From: Planctomycetota bacterium
GTDB taxonomy: Bacteria > Planctomycetota > UBA1135 > JAKEFM01
Direction of reading: 5' to 3'
Length of the DNA stretch: 64,000 nt
Assembly: GCA_022616055.1 (NCBI GenBank)
Contig: JAKEFM010000212.1
Span: 18,228 to 82,227 of the forward strand
Within the stretch, counting starts at the first letter, position 1. The number at the start of each line of letters is the position of its first letter. Under the pieces are notes generated by a model. The model was given only the letters and a program-made list of their open reading frames with translations. It was not told where the DNA came from and searched no databases. Positions 15,477-24,675 of this stretch are shown here, one piece after another. Made by a program: the position numbers and the translations under genes.

Positions 15477-17689
15477 AGGTTCTCGCGGAAGAAGGCGGCC
15501 ATCGTCTCGTAGAGGTGGCGGCGCTGCTTCGCGTCGGTGATCCCGTGGCGGTTGCCGGGGTAGAGCATCAGGTCGAAGCGCTTCCCCGCGTCCTGCAGGG
15601 CCTTCGCGAACTGGAGCGTGTTCTGCGCGTGGACGTTCTCGTCGATCGTCCCGTGGATCAGCATCAGCCTCCCGTGGAGGTTCGCCGCCGCCGCGATCGC
15701 GGAGCTGCGCTTGTACCCCTCGGGGTTGCGCTGCGGCACGTCCATGTAGCGCTCCGTGTAGATCGAGTCGTACAGGCGCCAGTCCGTCACGGGCGCTCCC
15801 GCGATCCCGACCTTGAACTTCTTCGAGTGGGTGAGCGCGAAGGAGGTCATGTACCCGCCGTAGGACCACCCCCAGATCCCGATCCGCTCCGGGTCGGCGA
15901 TCCCCTGCTCGACGAGCCAGTCGATCCCGTCCTCGAGGTCGCGCAGCTCCTGCTCCCCGACGGCGCGGTGGATCCCCTTCGCGGAGGCGAGCCCCTTCCC
16001 GCTCGCCGACCGGTTGTCGCAGATCCAGATGGCGAACCCCTCCTGCGCGAGCATCTGGTGGAAGAGCCCGTTCACTCCCCCCCCGAAGGCGTCGCGCACG
16101 CTCGGGGCGAGGGGGCCCGCGTAGGTGTTGCAGACGACCGGATAGCGCCGGCCCGCCTCGAAGCCCGCGGGGCGCAGGAGGGCCGCCTCCATCTCGAAGC
16201 CGTCCCGGGTCTTCACCTTCACGAACTCGGGCGCCCGCCACCCCGCTTCCTTCGCCGGCTCCCCCTCGACGCGGGCGAGCGTGCGGAGGACGCGCCCGTC
16301 CGTCCGGCACAGGTCCGCGCGCCCCGGCTCGCTGCGGGAGGTGAAGAAGTCGACGAAGTACTTCCCCTTGGGCGACAGGAAGATCGAGTGCGTGCCCGGC
16401 TGCGCCGTGATCGCCGTCAGGCCGCTCCCGTCGAGCCCGACGCGGAAGAGCTGGGTACCCTTCACGTCCTCCTTGTCGGCCTCGAAGTAGACGATCCCCT
16501 TCTCCTCGTCGACCCCCTGGAACTCCTCGACGTCCCATTCCCCCTCCGTCAGGCGCCGCGCGAGCGTCCCGTCCCGGTCGTAGAGGTAGAGGTGGGAGTA
16601 GCCGTCGCGCTCCGAGACCCAGAGGAAGCGCTTCCCCTCCTCGATCCAGTGGGGGGCGTCGGTGGGGCTGGTCCAGGCGCCGGTCGAGTCCCGGAAGAGC
16701 CGGCGCACCTTCCCCGTCGTCGGATCCCCCGCGAGGAGGTCGAGCCAGGTCTGGATCCGGTCCTGGACCTGGAAGATCACCTCCTTCGAGTCTGGGCTCC
16801 AGCCTACGCGGACGATCAGGAACTCCTCCCGCTCGTACGCGCCGAGGTCGAGGAAGCGCGGCGCGCCCCCGGCGACGTCGACGACGGCGAGCCGCGCGGT
16901 CGGATTGGGGTCCCCCGCCTTCGGGTAGCGCATCTCCTCGAGCGGGGGGTGGGTCTCGCGGTGGTCGACGATCGTGTAGGAGGGGACGTTCGTCTCGTCG
17001 AGGACGAGGAACGCGATGCGGCTCGAGTCGGGCGACCACCAGTAGGCCCGCCAGCTCCCCCGGCCGTAGACCTCCTCCTGGTAGAGCCAGTCGAGGCGGC
17101 CGACGAGGACCGTCTCGCTCCCCTCGGTCGTCAGCGCGCGGGTCGCGCCCCCCTCGACGGGGACGACGTGGAGGTCGTGGTCGCGCACGAACGCGACGAG
17201 CCGCCCGTCGGGGGAGAAGGTCTCCTCCCCCTCCTCGACGGGATCCTCCGTCAGCCGGACGGCGGGACCGCGACCGTCGACGTGCCAGGCGAAGAGGTCG
17301 TTCGCCTCGTTGAGGAGGAGGGCCTGCTTCGAGGCGGAGAGGTTGAAGCTCGTCCGCCGGCTCCACCCCTTCGCCTTCTCGCGGGGGATCCCGGGGAGCG
17401 CCGCGAAGGCCTCCTCCATCCGGGCGGCATCGAAGTACGGCCTCGAGTGGCCGCTCGCGGCGTCGATGATGACGAGCTCGCGCCGGTCCGACTCCCCCTT
17501 CTTCTCGAGCGCGAGGTACTCCTCCCCGTCCGCCAGCCAGGCGACGTGCGTCCCCTGCGGGAGCCGGAACTTGCTCGCGAGCTCGAAGACCTTGTCGAGC
17601 GTCAGTCGTGGTCCGGGGGCGCTCTCCTGGGCGGGGACGGAGGAGCAGGCGGCGAGGAGGACGGAGGGGACGAGGAGGGCATGGCGCAC
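15473..17689 (-). CDS. Dipeptidyl-peptidase IV (S9B), secreted/lipoprotein
   Basis: Signal LLVPSVLLAAC. DPPIV N-terminal propeller pattern (WSPDGRLVAF, DWLYQEEV, YWWSPDS). Catalytic GWSYGGYM, HGTIDENV and GNRHGI. Confidence 0.93.
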   Translation of the reverse strand: MRHALLVPSVLLAACSSVPAQESAPGPRLTLDKVFELASKFRLPQGTHVAWLADGEEYLALEKKGESDRRELVIIDAASGHSRPYFDAARMEEAFAALPGIPREKAKGWSRRTSFNLSASKQALLLNEANDLFAWHVDGRGPAVRLTEDPVEEGEETFSPDGRLVAFVRDHDLHVVPVEGGATRALTTEGSETVLVGRLDWLYQEEVYGRGSWRAYWWSPDSSRIAFLVLDETNVPSYTIVDHRETHPPLEEMRYPKAGDPNPTARLAVVDVAGGAPRFLDLGAYEREEFLIVRVGWSPDSKEVIFQVQDRIQTWLDLLAGDPTTGKVRRLFRDSTGAWTSPTDAPHWIEEGKRFLWVSERDGYSHLYLYDRDGTLARRLTEGEWDVEEFQGVDEEKGIVYFEADKEDVKGTQLFRVGLDGSGLTAITAQPGTHSIFLSPKGKYFVDFFTSRSEPGRADLCRTDGRVLRTLARVEGEPAKEAGWRAPEFVKVKTRDGFEMEAALLRPAGFEAGRRYPVVCNTYAGPLAPSVRDAFGGGVNGLFHQMLAQEGFAIWICDNRSASGKGLASAKGIHRAVGEQELRDLEDGIDWLVEQGIADPERIGIWGWSYGGYMTSFALTHSKKFKVGIAGAPVTDWRLYDSIYTERYMDVPQRNPEGYKRSSAIAAAANLHGRLMLIHGTIDENVHAQNTLQFAKALQDAGKRFDLMLYPGNRHGITDAKQRRHLYETMAAFFRENL

Positions 17690-17774
17690 GGTCCGGCGGC
17701 TCCGGGGCGGGGTCGCGCCGGTGAGTCTACGGACCCGCCCCCGGAGGGGATACCGGACGGCGGCGGTCCCCCGC

Positions 17775-18815
17775 TCAGAAGCTCCAGCCGAACCCGAGGA
17801 TGTAGCGCACGTCCGTCCGCTCCTTGTCGACGGCGGGGGTCGAGTCCCAGTTCAGCGCGATCCGGCCCTCCGAGTACATCGACTTCGTCAGGCTGGCCCG
17901 GAGCGCCCACTCCGTCTGGACGAGGAAGTCGTGGGGGTCGTCGAAGCCGTGCACGGCCTCCATCGGGTGGAGGAACTTCAAGCTCGGATGGAGTTCCTTC
18001 TCGAAGCGGTAGGCGAGCCGCGCCGCGATCTGGTTCGTGTCCGCCGACGAATCAGGCGGGTCGGGCTCCTCGTAGTCCTCGTGGGCCCATCCCACCCCGA
18101 GCTCGGTCGAGAGTTTCGTCACGCCGGTCTCCACCCACTGGTAGCCGTAGCCGCCCGACGCGACGAGGCGGAGGTTGAGGTCCGCCGTGGCGTCGCTGTC
18201 GGCCTTCGCGGAGGCGAGGAGGTAGGAGCGGTCCGAGAGGAAGTAGTCGTACTTCAGGAACCCCGTGAGCAGGCGCTGGGAGGTCGACCGGTCGCCACCC
18301 GAATCCTCCTCCCGGGCCGCCGCGTACTCGCCGCGGAGGGAGATCCGGTCGACCTCCGACCGCCGGACGGCGTCGAGCACGACGCTGGCGGCGTCCTTGC
18401 GCGTGTTCCCCCGCACGAGGTTCGCGCCCGCCGTCGCCGAGCCGGTCCACTTCACCTCGGGTTTCGGGGGGTTCAGCGCGTCGATCTCCGAGAGGGGGAG
18501 GCTGCGGGGCGGGACCCCCCCCGCCTGCCCGATCGAGAACTTCCCCTCCTCGGAGGCCTGGGCCGGCTGGTTCACGACGGTGCCGTCCTTGAGGTGGATC
18601 TCGACGGCGCCGTCCGTCGCGAAGGTCTTCACCTTCGCGAGGTCGAGGGTGACCGATCCGATCCCCGCCGATTCGAAGGTCATCTTTCCGTCGACGACGG
18701 AGACGACCTTTCCGATCAGGCGCTCCCCGGAGACGAGGAGGACCTCGTCGGCGCGGGCGAGGGGGGAGGCGGAGAGGGCGAGGGAGAGGGCGAGGAAGAG
18801 GCGGAGGGGGCTCAT
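17775..18815 (-). CDS. DUF481-family outer-membrane beta-barrel protein (YdiY-like)
   Basis: Signal MSPLRLFLALSLALSASPLARA. Alternating beta-strand pattern with a terminal ...YILGFGWSF (aromatic C-terminus). SD GAGGA upstream of ATG 18813-18815. Confidence 0.8.
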   Translation of the reverse strand: MSPLRLFLALSLALSASPLARADEVLLVSGERLIGKVVSVVDGKMTFESAGIGSVTLDLAKVKTFATDGAVEIHLKDGTVVNQPAQASEEGKFSIGQAGGVPPRSLPLSEIDALNPPKPEVKWTGSATAGANLVRGNTRKDAASVVLDAVRRSEVDRISLRGEYAAAREEDSGGDRSTSQRLLTGFLKYDYFLSDRSYLLASAKADSDATADLNLRLVASGGYGYQWVETGVTKLSTELGVGWAHEDYEEPDPPDSSADTNQIAARLAYRFEKELHPSLKFLHPMEAVHGFDDPHDFLVQTEWALRASLTKSMYSEGRIALNWDSTPAVDKERTDVRYILGFGWSF

Positions 18816-18850
18816 GGAGGAGTCCTCGGGGTTCGCGGGGGGAGAGCGGG

Positions 18851-19279
18851 CTAGGCCGCCTTCACGTCGGAGGCGCAGTGCGCGCAGCGCGTCGCCTTGA
18901 GGGGGATCGCCGAGAGGCAGAAGGGACAGTCCCTCGTCGTCGGGGCGGCCGGGGCGGGGGCGGGCTTCCTCATCCGGTTCACCTGCTTGACGAGCACGAA
19001 CACGGCGAACGCGACGAGGACGAAGTCGATGACGGCGTTGATGAAGACGCCGACCTTGAGCTTCGGGGCCTTCGCGGGATCCGCTCCCGCGACGGCGAGG
19101 TCGATGGCGAGATTCGAGAAGTCGACCTTCCCGAGGAGCAGTCCGAGCGGCGGCATCAGGACGTCGTTCACGGCGGAGGTGACGATCTTCCCGAACGCGC
19201 CCCCGATGATGATCCCGATCGCCATGTCGAGGACGTTGCCCCGCATGGCGAACTCCTTGAATTCCTTCAGCATGCCCAC
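18851..19279 (-). CDS. mscL: Large-conductance mechanosensitive channel with a C-terminal CxxC...CxxC tail
   Basis: [30 protein letters not shown] is the canonical MscL N-terminus. SD AAGGAGG lies 7 nt upstream of GTG 19279. The tail reads [19 protein letters not shown]. Confidence 0.92.
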   Translation of the reverse strand: MGMLKEFKEFAMRGNVLDMAIGIIIGGAFGKIVTSAVNDVLMPPLGLLLGKVDFSNLAIDLAVAGADPAKAPKLKVGVFINAVIDFVLVAFAVFVLVKQVNRMRKPAPAPAAPTTRDCPFCLSAIPLKATRCAHCASDVKAA

Positions 19280-19368
19280 GGCGCTTCCTCCTTGCGACGA
19301 GACCGGCTCGGGGGGGGCAGGGACGGGCGCCCCGGCTCCCTTGCGCGCCGGGCGCCCGGTTTCCCGAA

Positions 19369-20679
19369 GTGCCGTCGGGCGGTCGCGGCTCCCCGGCTCG
19401 GGCTCGGGGCGCGATCATCCTTGTGCCCGGAAGGCCGTTCAAGGTCGCCCTCGCTAGGATCCGGGCTCCGGCCGTGCGGAAGTCGATCGGGTCCACGTTC
19501 GGGGAACCGACGCCCGGGGAGGTCCCCGTCGCCGGGCGCGAGACGGTCCTCCGCATCGAGCGGCTCGTGGCGGGCGGCGCCGGACTGGCGCGGATGCCCG
19601 ACGGCCGCGTCGCGTTCGTCCCCCTCGCGGCGCCGGGGGACCGCGTCCGGGCGAGGGTGGTCCGGGAGCGCCGACGCGAGGTCCACGCCGAGATCCTCGA
19701 GGTCGTGGAGCCCGGGCCCGCGAGGCGCGCGGCTCCCTGCCCGTACTTCGGGACGTGCGGCGGCTGCGACTGGATGCACCTCGCCGAGGAGGCGCAGCGG
19801 GAGGCGAAGGGGGCGATCCTCCGCGAGGCCCTGCGGAGGCTGGGCGGAGTCTCGTGGGAGGCGCCGATCGAGGTCGTCGCCTCGCCCCCCTTCGGCTACA
19901 GGTCCCGCGCCCGGCTCGCCGTCCGGGGGGGGCGCGTCGGCTTCCTCGAGGCGCGGAGCGCGAGGGTCGTCGACGTCGAGGCCTGCGCCGTGCTCGAGCC
20001 GGAGGGGAGCCGGGCCCTCGGCGAGGTCCGTCGGGCCGCGCGGGAGGGGAACGCCCCCGGCGAGGTCCATGTCGCCGTCGGGGAGGAGGGCGCGGCCTGC
20101 TCGCCCCCGATCCCGGGAGTGCCCGCCGGTCCCGTCACGTGGAGGCTCGGCGGCCAGGAGTTCCGTTTCGATCCCGACGCCTTCGCCCAGGCGAACCGCG
20201 CGCTCGCCGAGGATCTCCGGTGCGAAGCGGTCGGCGAAGGGCGAGGAGATCGCGCGCTCGACCTCTACTGCGGGGCCGGGTTCTTCTCGCTCGCCCTCGC
20301 GCCGCGCTTTCGGGAGGTCCTCGGCGTCGACGGCGACGCGCGGGCGATCGGGCGGGCGCGGGAGAACGCGCGGTCGCTGCCGGGCCTGCGCTTCGTCGCG
20401 GCGGGGGCGAGGGAATGGTTCGCGCGCGGCGAGGCTCCCGAGCGTGCCGACTTCGTCCTCCTCGATCCCCCGAGGACGGGGACGGAGCCGGAGGTCCTCG
20501 AGGGGGTCGCTCGGTTGCGGCCGGCCCGCGCCGTGCTCGTGGGGTGCGACCCGGCGACGTTCGCGCGTGACGTGGGGAGGCTCGTCCGTCTGGGGTGGAG
20601 GCTCGAGAGGCTACGGGCCTTCGATCTCTTCCCGCAGACCCATCACGTCGAGGCGGTCGGAAGGCTCGTTCCGGCCTGA
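19369..20679 (+). CDS. RumA/RlmD-family 23S rRNA (uracil-C5)-methyltransferase (TRAM + Cys cluster + SAM MTase)
   Basis: TRAM-like [31 protein letters not shown]. Cys cluster [22 protein letters not shown] (SAM motif I), LLDPPRTG and [10 protein letters not shown]. The start is uncertain (ATG 19369 or GTG 19474). Confidence 0.85.
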   Translation: MPSGGRGSPARARGAIILVPGRPFKVALARIRAPAVRKSIGSTFGEPTPGEVPVAGRETVLRIERLVAGGAGLARMPDGRVAFVPLAAPGDRVRARVVRERRREVHAEILEVVEPGPARRAAPCPYFGTCGGCDWMHLAEEAQREAKGAILREALRRLGGVSWEAPIEVVASPPFGYRSRARLAVRGGRVGFLEARSARVVDVEACAVLEPEGSRALGEVRRAAREGNAPGEVHVAVGEEGAACSPPIPGVPAGPVTWRLGGQEFRFDPDAFAQANRALAEDLRCEAVGEGRGDRALDLYCGAGFFSLALAPRFREVLGVDGDARAIGRARENARSLPGLRFVAAGAREWFARGEAPERADFVLLDPPRTGTEPEVLEGVARLRPARAVLVGCDPATFARDVGRLVRLGWRLERLRAFDLFPQTHHVEAVGRLVPA

Positions 20680-21053
20680 GTCCGGGGGCTCCCCGCGCCC
20701 TTGGGGCCGCGGGCGAGCGTGCGCTCCTCGAATCGGGTGATCGACTTCCCGATCACGATCGCGATGACGACGAGGCTCGCGATCATCCCCCCGAAGGCGT
20801 ACTCGAGCTGGTGCACGATGCTCCAGAACGGCGCCTCGACGGGGGCCGGGGGATGCCCGGCGGTCATCGAGAGGAGCGTCGCCGCGAGGGTGACGATCAC
20901 GTTCACCATCGCGACCCAGAACTTGCCGCGGTCCTCGTGCTCGCAGAGCTCGGTCAGGATCGCCGTCAGGCGCCCGCGAAGGAGGAGGAGGACCCCCAGG
21001 GCGACCGCGAACGAAAGCAGGGTTCCGACGATGAACGCGCCGACCTGCGTCAT
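20643..21053 (-). CDS. Small integral membrane protein (about 3 TM) of unknown function
   Basis: Three hydrophobic helices (FIVGTLLSFAVALGVLLLL, VAMVNVIVTLAATLL, GGMIASLVVIAIVIG) with GC3-rich codons. The 3' end overlaps the methyltransferase 3' end by 37 nt. Confidence 0.55.
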   Translation of the reverse strand: MTQVGAFIVGTLLSFAVALGVLLLLRGRLTAILTELCEHEDRGKFWVAMVNVIVTLAATLLSMTAGHPPAPVEAPFWSIVHQLEYAFGGMIASLVVIAIVIGKSITRFEERTLARGPKGAGSPRTQAGTSLPTAST

Positions 21054-21113
21054 GGCACCGCCTCCTGGCGAGGCGAATGTAGGGCCCTCGCGGGGGGTGC
21101 GGTAGGGGGATTC

Positions 21114-21443
21114 CTACACCCGGCAGGCGCACCCCTTCGCTCGCAGGCGTCGGCGCTGGGCGCGCGGGGAGTCGACGAAGGCGCGCTGGACGAGCGGGCC
21201 CTTCGCGAGGCGGCGGTCGAGGGGGCTCGCGTGCCGGTAGCCGCGCCGGAGCATCTCCTCCACGAGGGCCTGGTGCCTGCGGAAGAGCGCACGCGTCTTC
21301 CCCGCCCAGCGAAGGGTCTCGGGATGCCGGGAGTAGCCCCGCTTCCGGCGGGTGAGGATCGACCAGACGGCGTGGAGCTCGCGGTGCTCGCCGAGGAGAT
21401 GGGAGCGGCAGAGGAGGAGGGGGGAGAGGTCCCAGATCCGCAC
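21114..21443 (-). CDS. Pyrimidine-dimer DNA glycosylase family protein (T4 endonuclease V-like, Pyr_excise)
   Basis: VRIWDLSPLLLCRSHLLGEHRELHAVWSILT...GYSRHPETLRW matches the family N-terminus, which normally starts MRIWD. GTG 21441-21443 is therefore preferred over the track start at 21524. Confidence 0.72.
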   Translation of the reverse strand: MRIWDLSPLLLCRSHLLGEHRELHAVWSILTRRKRGYSRHPETLRWAGKTRALFRRHQALVEEMLRRGYRHASPLDRRLAKGPLVQRAFVDSPRAQRRRLRAKGCACRV

Positions 21444-21668
21444 TTTGGTACTCGGGAGGGGGACTTTCTCCCGGAGGGGGGGCGTCCGTCCATGGCCCGG
21501 TCCCTCCTCCGGCACGACCCACATGGGTCGCTCCGGCTCCGCCCCGCGGCAGGGAAGGCGGGGTATGTTTTTCCGATGCCCGCCCGGGGGGGCGGGTCGA
21601 GCCTAGAGTCGACGGGGAACGACGCCCCGGGGGAGGGATCCGACCGCGGGGCGGGACGGGAGCGCCGG

Positions 21669-23018
21669 ATGTCCGCAGGGAGAAAGCGCGTCGTCATCCT
21701 TGGGGCCGGGGGGAGGGACTTCCACGTCTTCAACACGACGTACCGGGACCGCCCGGACGTCGAGGTCGTGGCCTTCACCGCGACCCAGATCCCGAACATC
21801 GCCGACCGCCGCTACCCCCCGTCTCTCGCCGGCCCCCTCTACCCCGCCGGGATCGGGATCCGGGACGAGCGGGAGCTCCCCTCGATCCTCCGGGATCGCG
21901 CGGTCGAGGAGGTCGTCTTCGCCTACAGCGACGTCTCCTCGGCCTACCTCGAGGAACGAGCGCGCGCGGCGCGCGAGGCGGGGGCGGGGTTCCGCACGTT
22001 CGACGTCGAGCCGACGCTCCTCGAGTCGGACCTCCCCGTCGTCGCCGTCTGCGCCGTGCGGACGGGGTGCGGCAAGAGCCAGACGACGCGGCGCGTCGCC
22101 GCGCTGCTGCGCGCGATGGGGCGGCGGACGGTCGTCGTCCGGCATCCGATGCCCTACGGCGACCTCGAGCGCCAGGCGGTGCAGCGGTTCGCCTCGATCG
22201 GGGACCTCGCGCGCGAGGCGTGCACGATCGAGGAGATGGAGGAGTACGAGCCTCACCTGCGCGCGGGCTCCGTCGTCTTCGCCGGCGTCGACTACGCCCG
22301 GATCCTGCGCGCGGCCGAAAAGGAGGCCGACGTCCTCCTCTGGGATGGCGGGAACAACGACCTCCCCTTCTTCCGGCCGGCGGTCCACATCGTCGTCGCC
22401 GATCCGCTCCGGGCGGGCCACGAGCTCGAGTACTTCCCCGGCCGGATGAACCTCGAGCGCGCCGACGCCGTGGTCGTGAACAAGATCGACTCCGCCTGGT
22501 CCGAGGACGTCCGGCGGGTCGTCGCGAACGTCCGGAGCGTGAACCCGCGGGCGGCGCTCGTCCTCGCCCGCTCCCCCGTGACCGCCGCCGACCCCGGCGC
22601 GATCCGGGGCCGGCGGGTCCTCGTCGTCGAGGACGGCCCGACGCTCACCCACGGGGGCATGGCCTTCGGGGCCGGGGTGGTCGCGGCGAGGGGGTGCGGG
22701 GCGCGCGAGATCGTCGACCCGCGCCCGTACGCCGTCGGCTCGATCGCCGCGACCTTCCGGGCCTACCCGCGGACGGGTCCCGTCCTCCCGGCGATGGGGT
22801 ACGGCGAGGAGCAGGTCCGGGAGCTCGCCGAGACGATCGAGCGCACCCCCTGCGACGTCGTCGTCGTCGGGACCCCCGTCGACCTCGCGCGCGCCGTCCC
22901 CTTCTCGAAGCCCTCCGTGCGGGTCACCTACGAGCTCGAGGAGGCCTCTCGCCCCGGGCTCGCCGAGCTCCTCGCCTCCCGCCTCGGGGCCGGGGACCGG
23001 GCGGCCGCCGCCGGATGA
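21669..23018 (+). CDS. COG2403-type P-loop protein (cyclic 2,3-diphosphoglycerate synthetase-like / predicted GTPase)
   Basis: Start MSAGRKRVVILGAGGRDFHVFN. P-loop AVRTGCGKSQTT, then DGGNND and VVNKID (NKxD-like). The upstream part of track ORF 20595..23018 is junk. Confidence 0.82.
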   Translation: MSAGRKRVVILGAGGRDFHVFNTTYRDRPDVEVVAFTATQIPNIADRRYPPSLAGPLYPAGIGIRDERELPSILRDRAVEEVVFAYSDVSSAYLEERARAAREAGAGFRTFDVEPTLLESDLPVVAVCAVRTGCGKSQTTRRVAALLRAMGRRTVVVRHPMPYGDLERQAVQRFASIGDLAREACTIEEMEEYEPHLRAGSVVFAGVDYARILRAAEKEADVLLWDGGNNDLPFFRPAVHIVVADPLRAGHELEYFPGRMNLERADAVVVNKIDSAWSEDVRRVVANVRSVNPRAALVLARSPVTAADPGAIRGRRVLVVEDGPTLTHGGMAFGAGVVAARGCGAREIVDPRPYAVGSIAATFRAYPRTGPVLPAMGYGEEQVRELAETIERTPCDVVVVGTPVDLARAVPFSKPSVRVTYELEEASRPGLAELLASRLGAGDRAAAAG

Positions 23019-24073
23019 GCCGGTCGTTCCGCCACTTCCTCTCGCTCCGGGAGATCCCGAGGGAGGATCTCGACGCGCTCTGCCTGCTCGCCCTGAGCCT
23101 CAAGCGGCGCGAGGCGGTGGCCCGCCTGCCCGGACGCGTCCTCGGGATGCTCTTCTTCAACCCCTCCGTCCGGACGCGCGCCTCCTTCGAGTCGGCGATG
23201 GCGCGGCTCGGCGGGGCCTCGATCGCGCTCGCCGCCGGACGCGACACCTGGAACTTCGAGCACCGGGAGGGGATCGCGATGGACGGGGCGACCCAGGAGC
23301 ACGTGAAGGAGCTCGCCCCCGTCCTCTCCCGCTACTGCGACGTCCTCGGCGTGCGGAAGTCGGAGCTGGTGACGACCTCCGCCACGACCGCGGAGGTGAG
23401 CGGCTCGTGGGACGACCTCAAGCGGGACGGCTTCCTCCGCGCCCTCGCGCGGTACGCGACCGTCCCGGTGATCAACCTCGAGTCGAACGCCGACCACCCC
23501 TGCCAGGGGCTCGCCGACCGGATGACGCTCCTCGAGCGCTGCCCGGGCCCGGACGGGCCGAGGGGGGTCAAGTACGTCCTCACGTGGGCCTGGCACACGA
23601 AGTCGCTCCCGATGGCGACGCCGAACTCGCAGCTCGAGGCGGCGGCCTCGCTCGGGATGGACGTCACGCTCCTCTGTCCGGAGGGGTGGGAGCTCGACCC
23701 CGAGGTGACGGCGGCGGCGCGGGCCTCCGCGGAGGCGGCGGGCGGGGGGCTGCGGGTCACGCACGACCGGGACGCGGCGCTCGCGGGCGCGAGATTCCTC
23801 TGCGCGAAGGAGTGGGGCTCGACCCGGTACTACGGCCGCTTCGACGAGGAGAGGCGCGACAAGGAGAGGCTGCGGGAGGCGTGGCGCGTGGACGGGCGGT
23901 GGATGGCCCGCACGGCCGGGGCCTCCTTCATGCACTGCCTCCCGGTCCGCCGGGGCGTCGTCGTCGCGGACGACGTCCTCGACTCGCCCGCCTCGATCGT
24001 CGTCGATCAGGCCGAGAACCGGATGTGGGCGCAGATGGCCCTCCTCGCCTCCCTCCTCGGGGAGCCGGGGTGA
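23015..24073 (+). CDS. argF: N-acyl-L-ornithine carbamoyltransferase (ArgF' type: acetyl- or succinyl-ornithine transcarbamylase)
   Basis: ATGA overlap with the upstream gene. Motifs FFNPSVRTRASFE, HPCQGLAD, KYVLTWAWHTKSLPMATPNS and HCLPVRRG resemble the AOTCase/SOTCase subfamily rather than classical OTCase. Confidence 0.88.
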   Translation: MSRSFRHFLSLREIPREDLDALCLLALSLKRREAVARLPGRVLGMLFFNPSVRTRASFESAMARLGGASIALAAGRDTWNFEHREGIAMDGATQEHVKELAPVLSRYCDVLGVRKSELVTTSATTAEVSGSWDDLKRDGFLRALARYATVPVINLESNADHPCQGLADRMTLLERCPGPDGPRGVKYVLTWAWHTKSLPMATPNSQLEAAASLGMDVTLLCPEGWELDPEVTAAARASAEAAGGGLRVTHDRDAALAGARFLCAKEWGSTRYYGRFDEERRDKERLREAWRVDGRWMARTAGASFMHCLPVRRGVVVADDVLDSPASIVVDQAENRMWAQMALLASLLGEPG

Positions 24074-24675
24074 GGACCTCGCTCCTTCCCGGACGCCGGC
24101 GCGCCGGGACGAGGTTCGCGGTCCGCGTCCTCTTCGCGCGGGAGGACCACGCCCGGCACGCTCCGAGCGCGACGGCGCTCCTCCGCTGGGCGGCGCAGGA
24201 GGGCGCGGCCGTCGCGGCGAGGACGCCGTCGTACCTCGAGCGCCTGATGCGGGAGCGCAGGGCGGTCCTCGCGCTCGCGCGGGGGAGGCTCGTCGGGTTC
24301 GTTTTCCTCCAGGCCTGGGACGGGGGCGCCTTCGTCTCCCACTCGGGGCTCGTCGTCGACCCCGCGTTCCGGGGCGCGGGGGTCGCGCGCGCCCTGAAGG
24401 AGAAGATCCTCGTCCTCACCCGCCGTCGCTTCCCGCGCGCGGCGATCGTCTCCCTCACGCGCGCGCCGGAGGTCCTGCGCATGAACCGGAGGCTCGGCTT
24501 CCGGCGCGTCTCCCAGGCCGATCTCCCCCGGGACCCGGCGTTCTGGAAGGCCTGCCGGACCTGCCCCTACTACGAGAGCCCCGCGCGGCCGAAGGGGGAG
24601 CGCTGCTGCTGCAAGGCGACGCGCTACGATCCGCCCGGCTGCCTGCTCCCCCCTCCCCGGATCCTCCCCTGGTGA
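24070..24675 (+). CDS. GNAT N-acetyltransferase, short ArgA-like, with a Cys-rich C-terminal tail
   Basis: GTGA overlap with argF'. GNAT motif A VVDPAFRGAGVARAL. The tail reads FWKACRTCPYYESPARPKGERCCC. Confidence 0.8.
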   Translation: MRTSLLPGRRRAGTRFAVRVLFAREDHARHAPSATALLRWAAQEGAAVAARTPSYLERLMRERRAVLALARGRLVGFVFLQAWDGGAFVSHSGLVVDPAFRGAGVARALKEKILVLTRRRFPRAAIVSLTRAPEVLRMNRRLGFRRVSQADLPRDPAFWKACRTCPYYESPARPKGERCCCKATRYDPPGCLLPPPRILPW

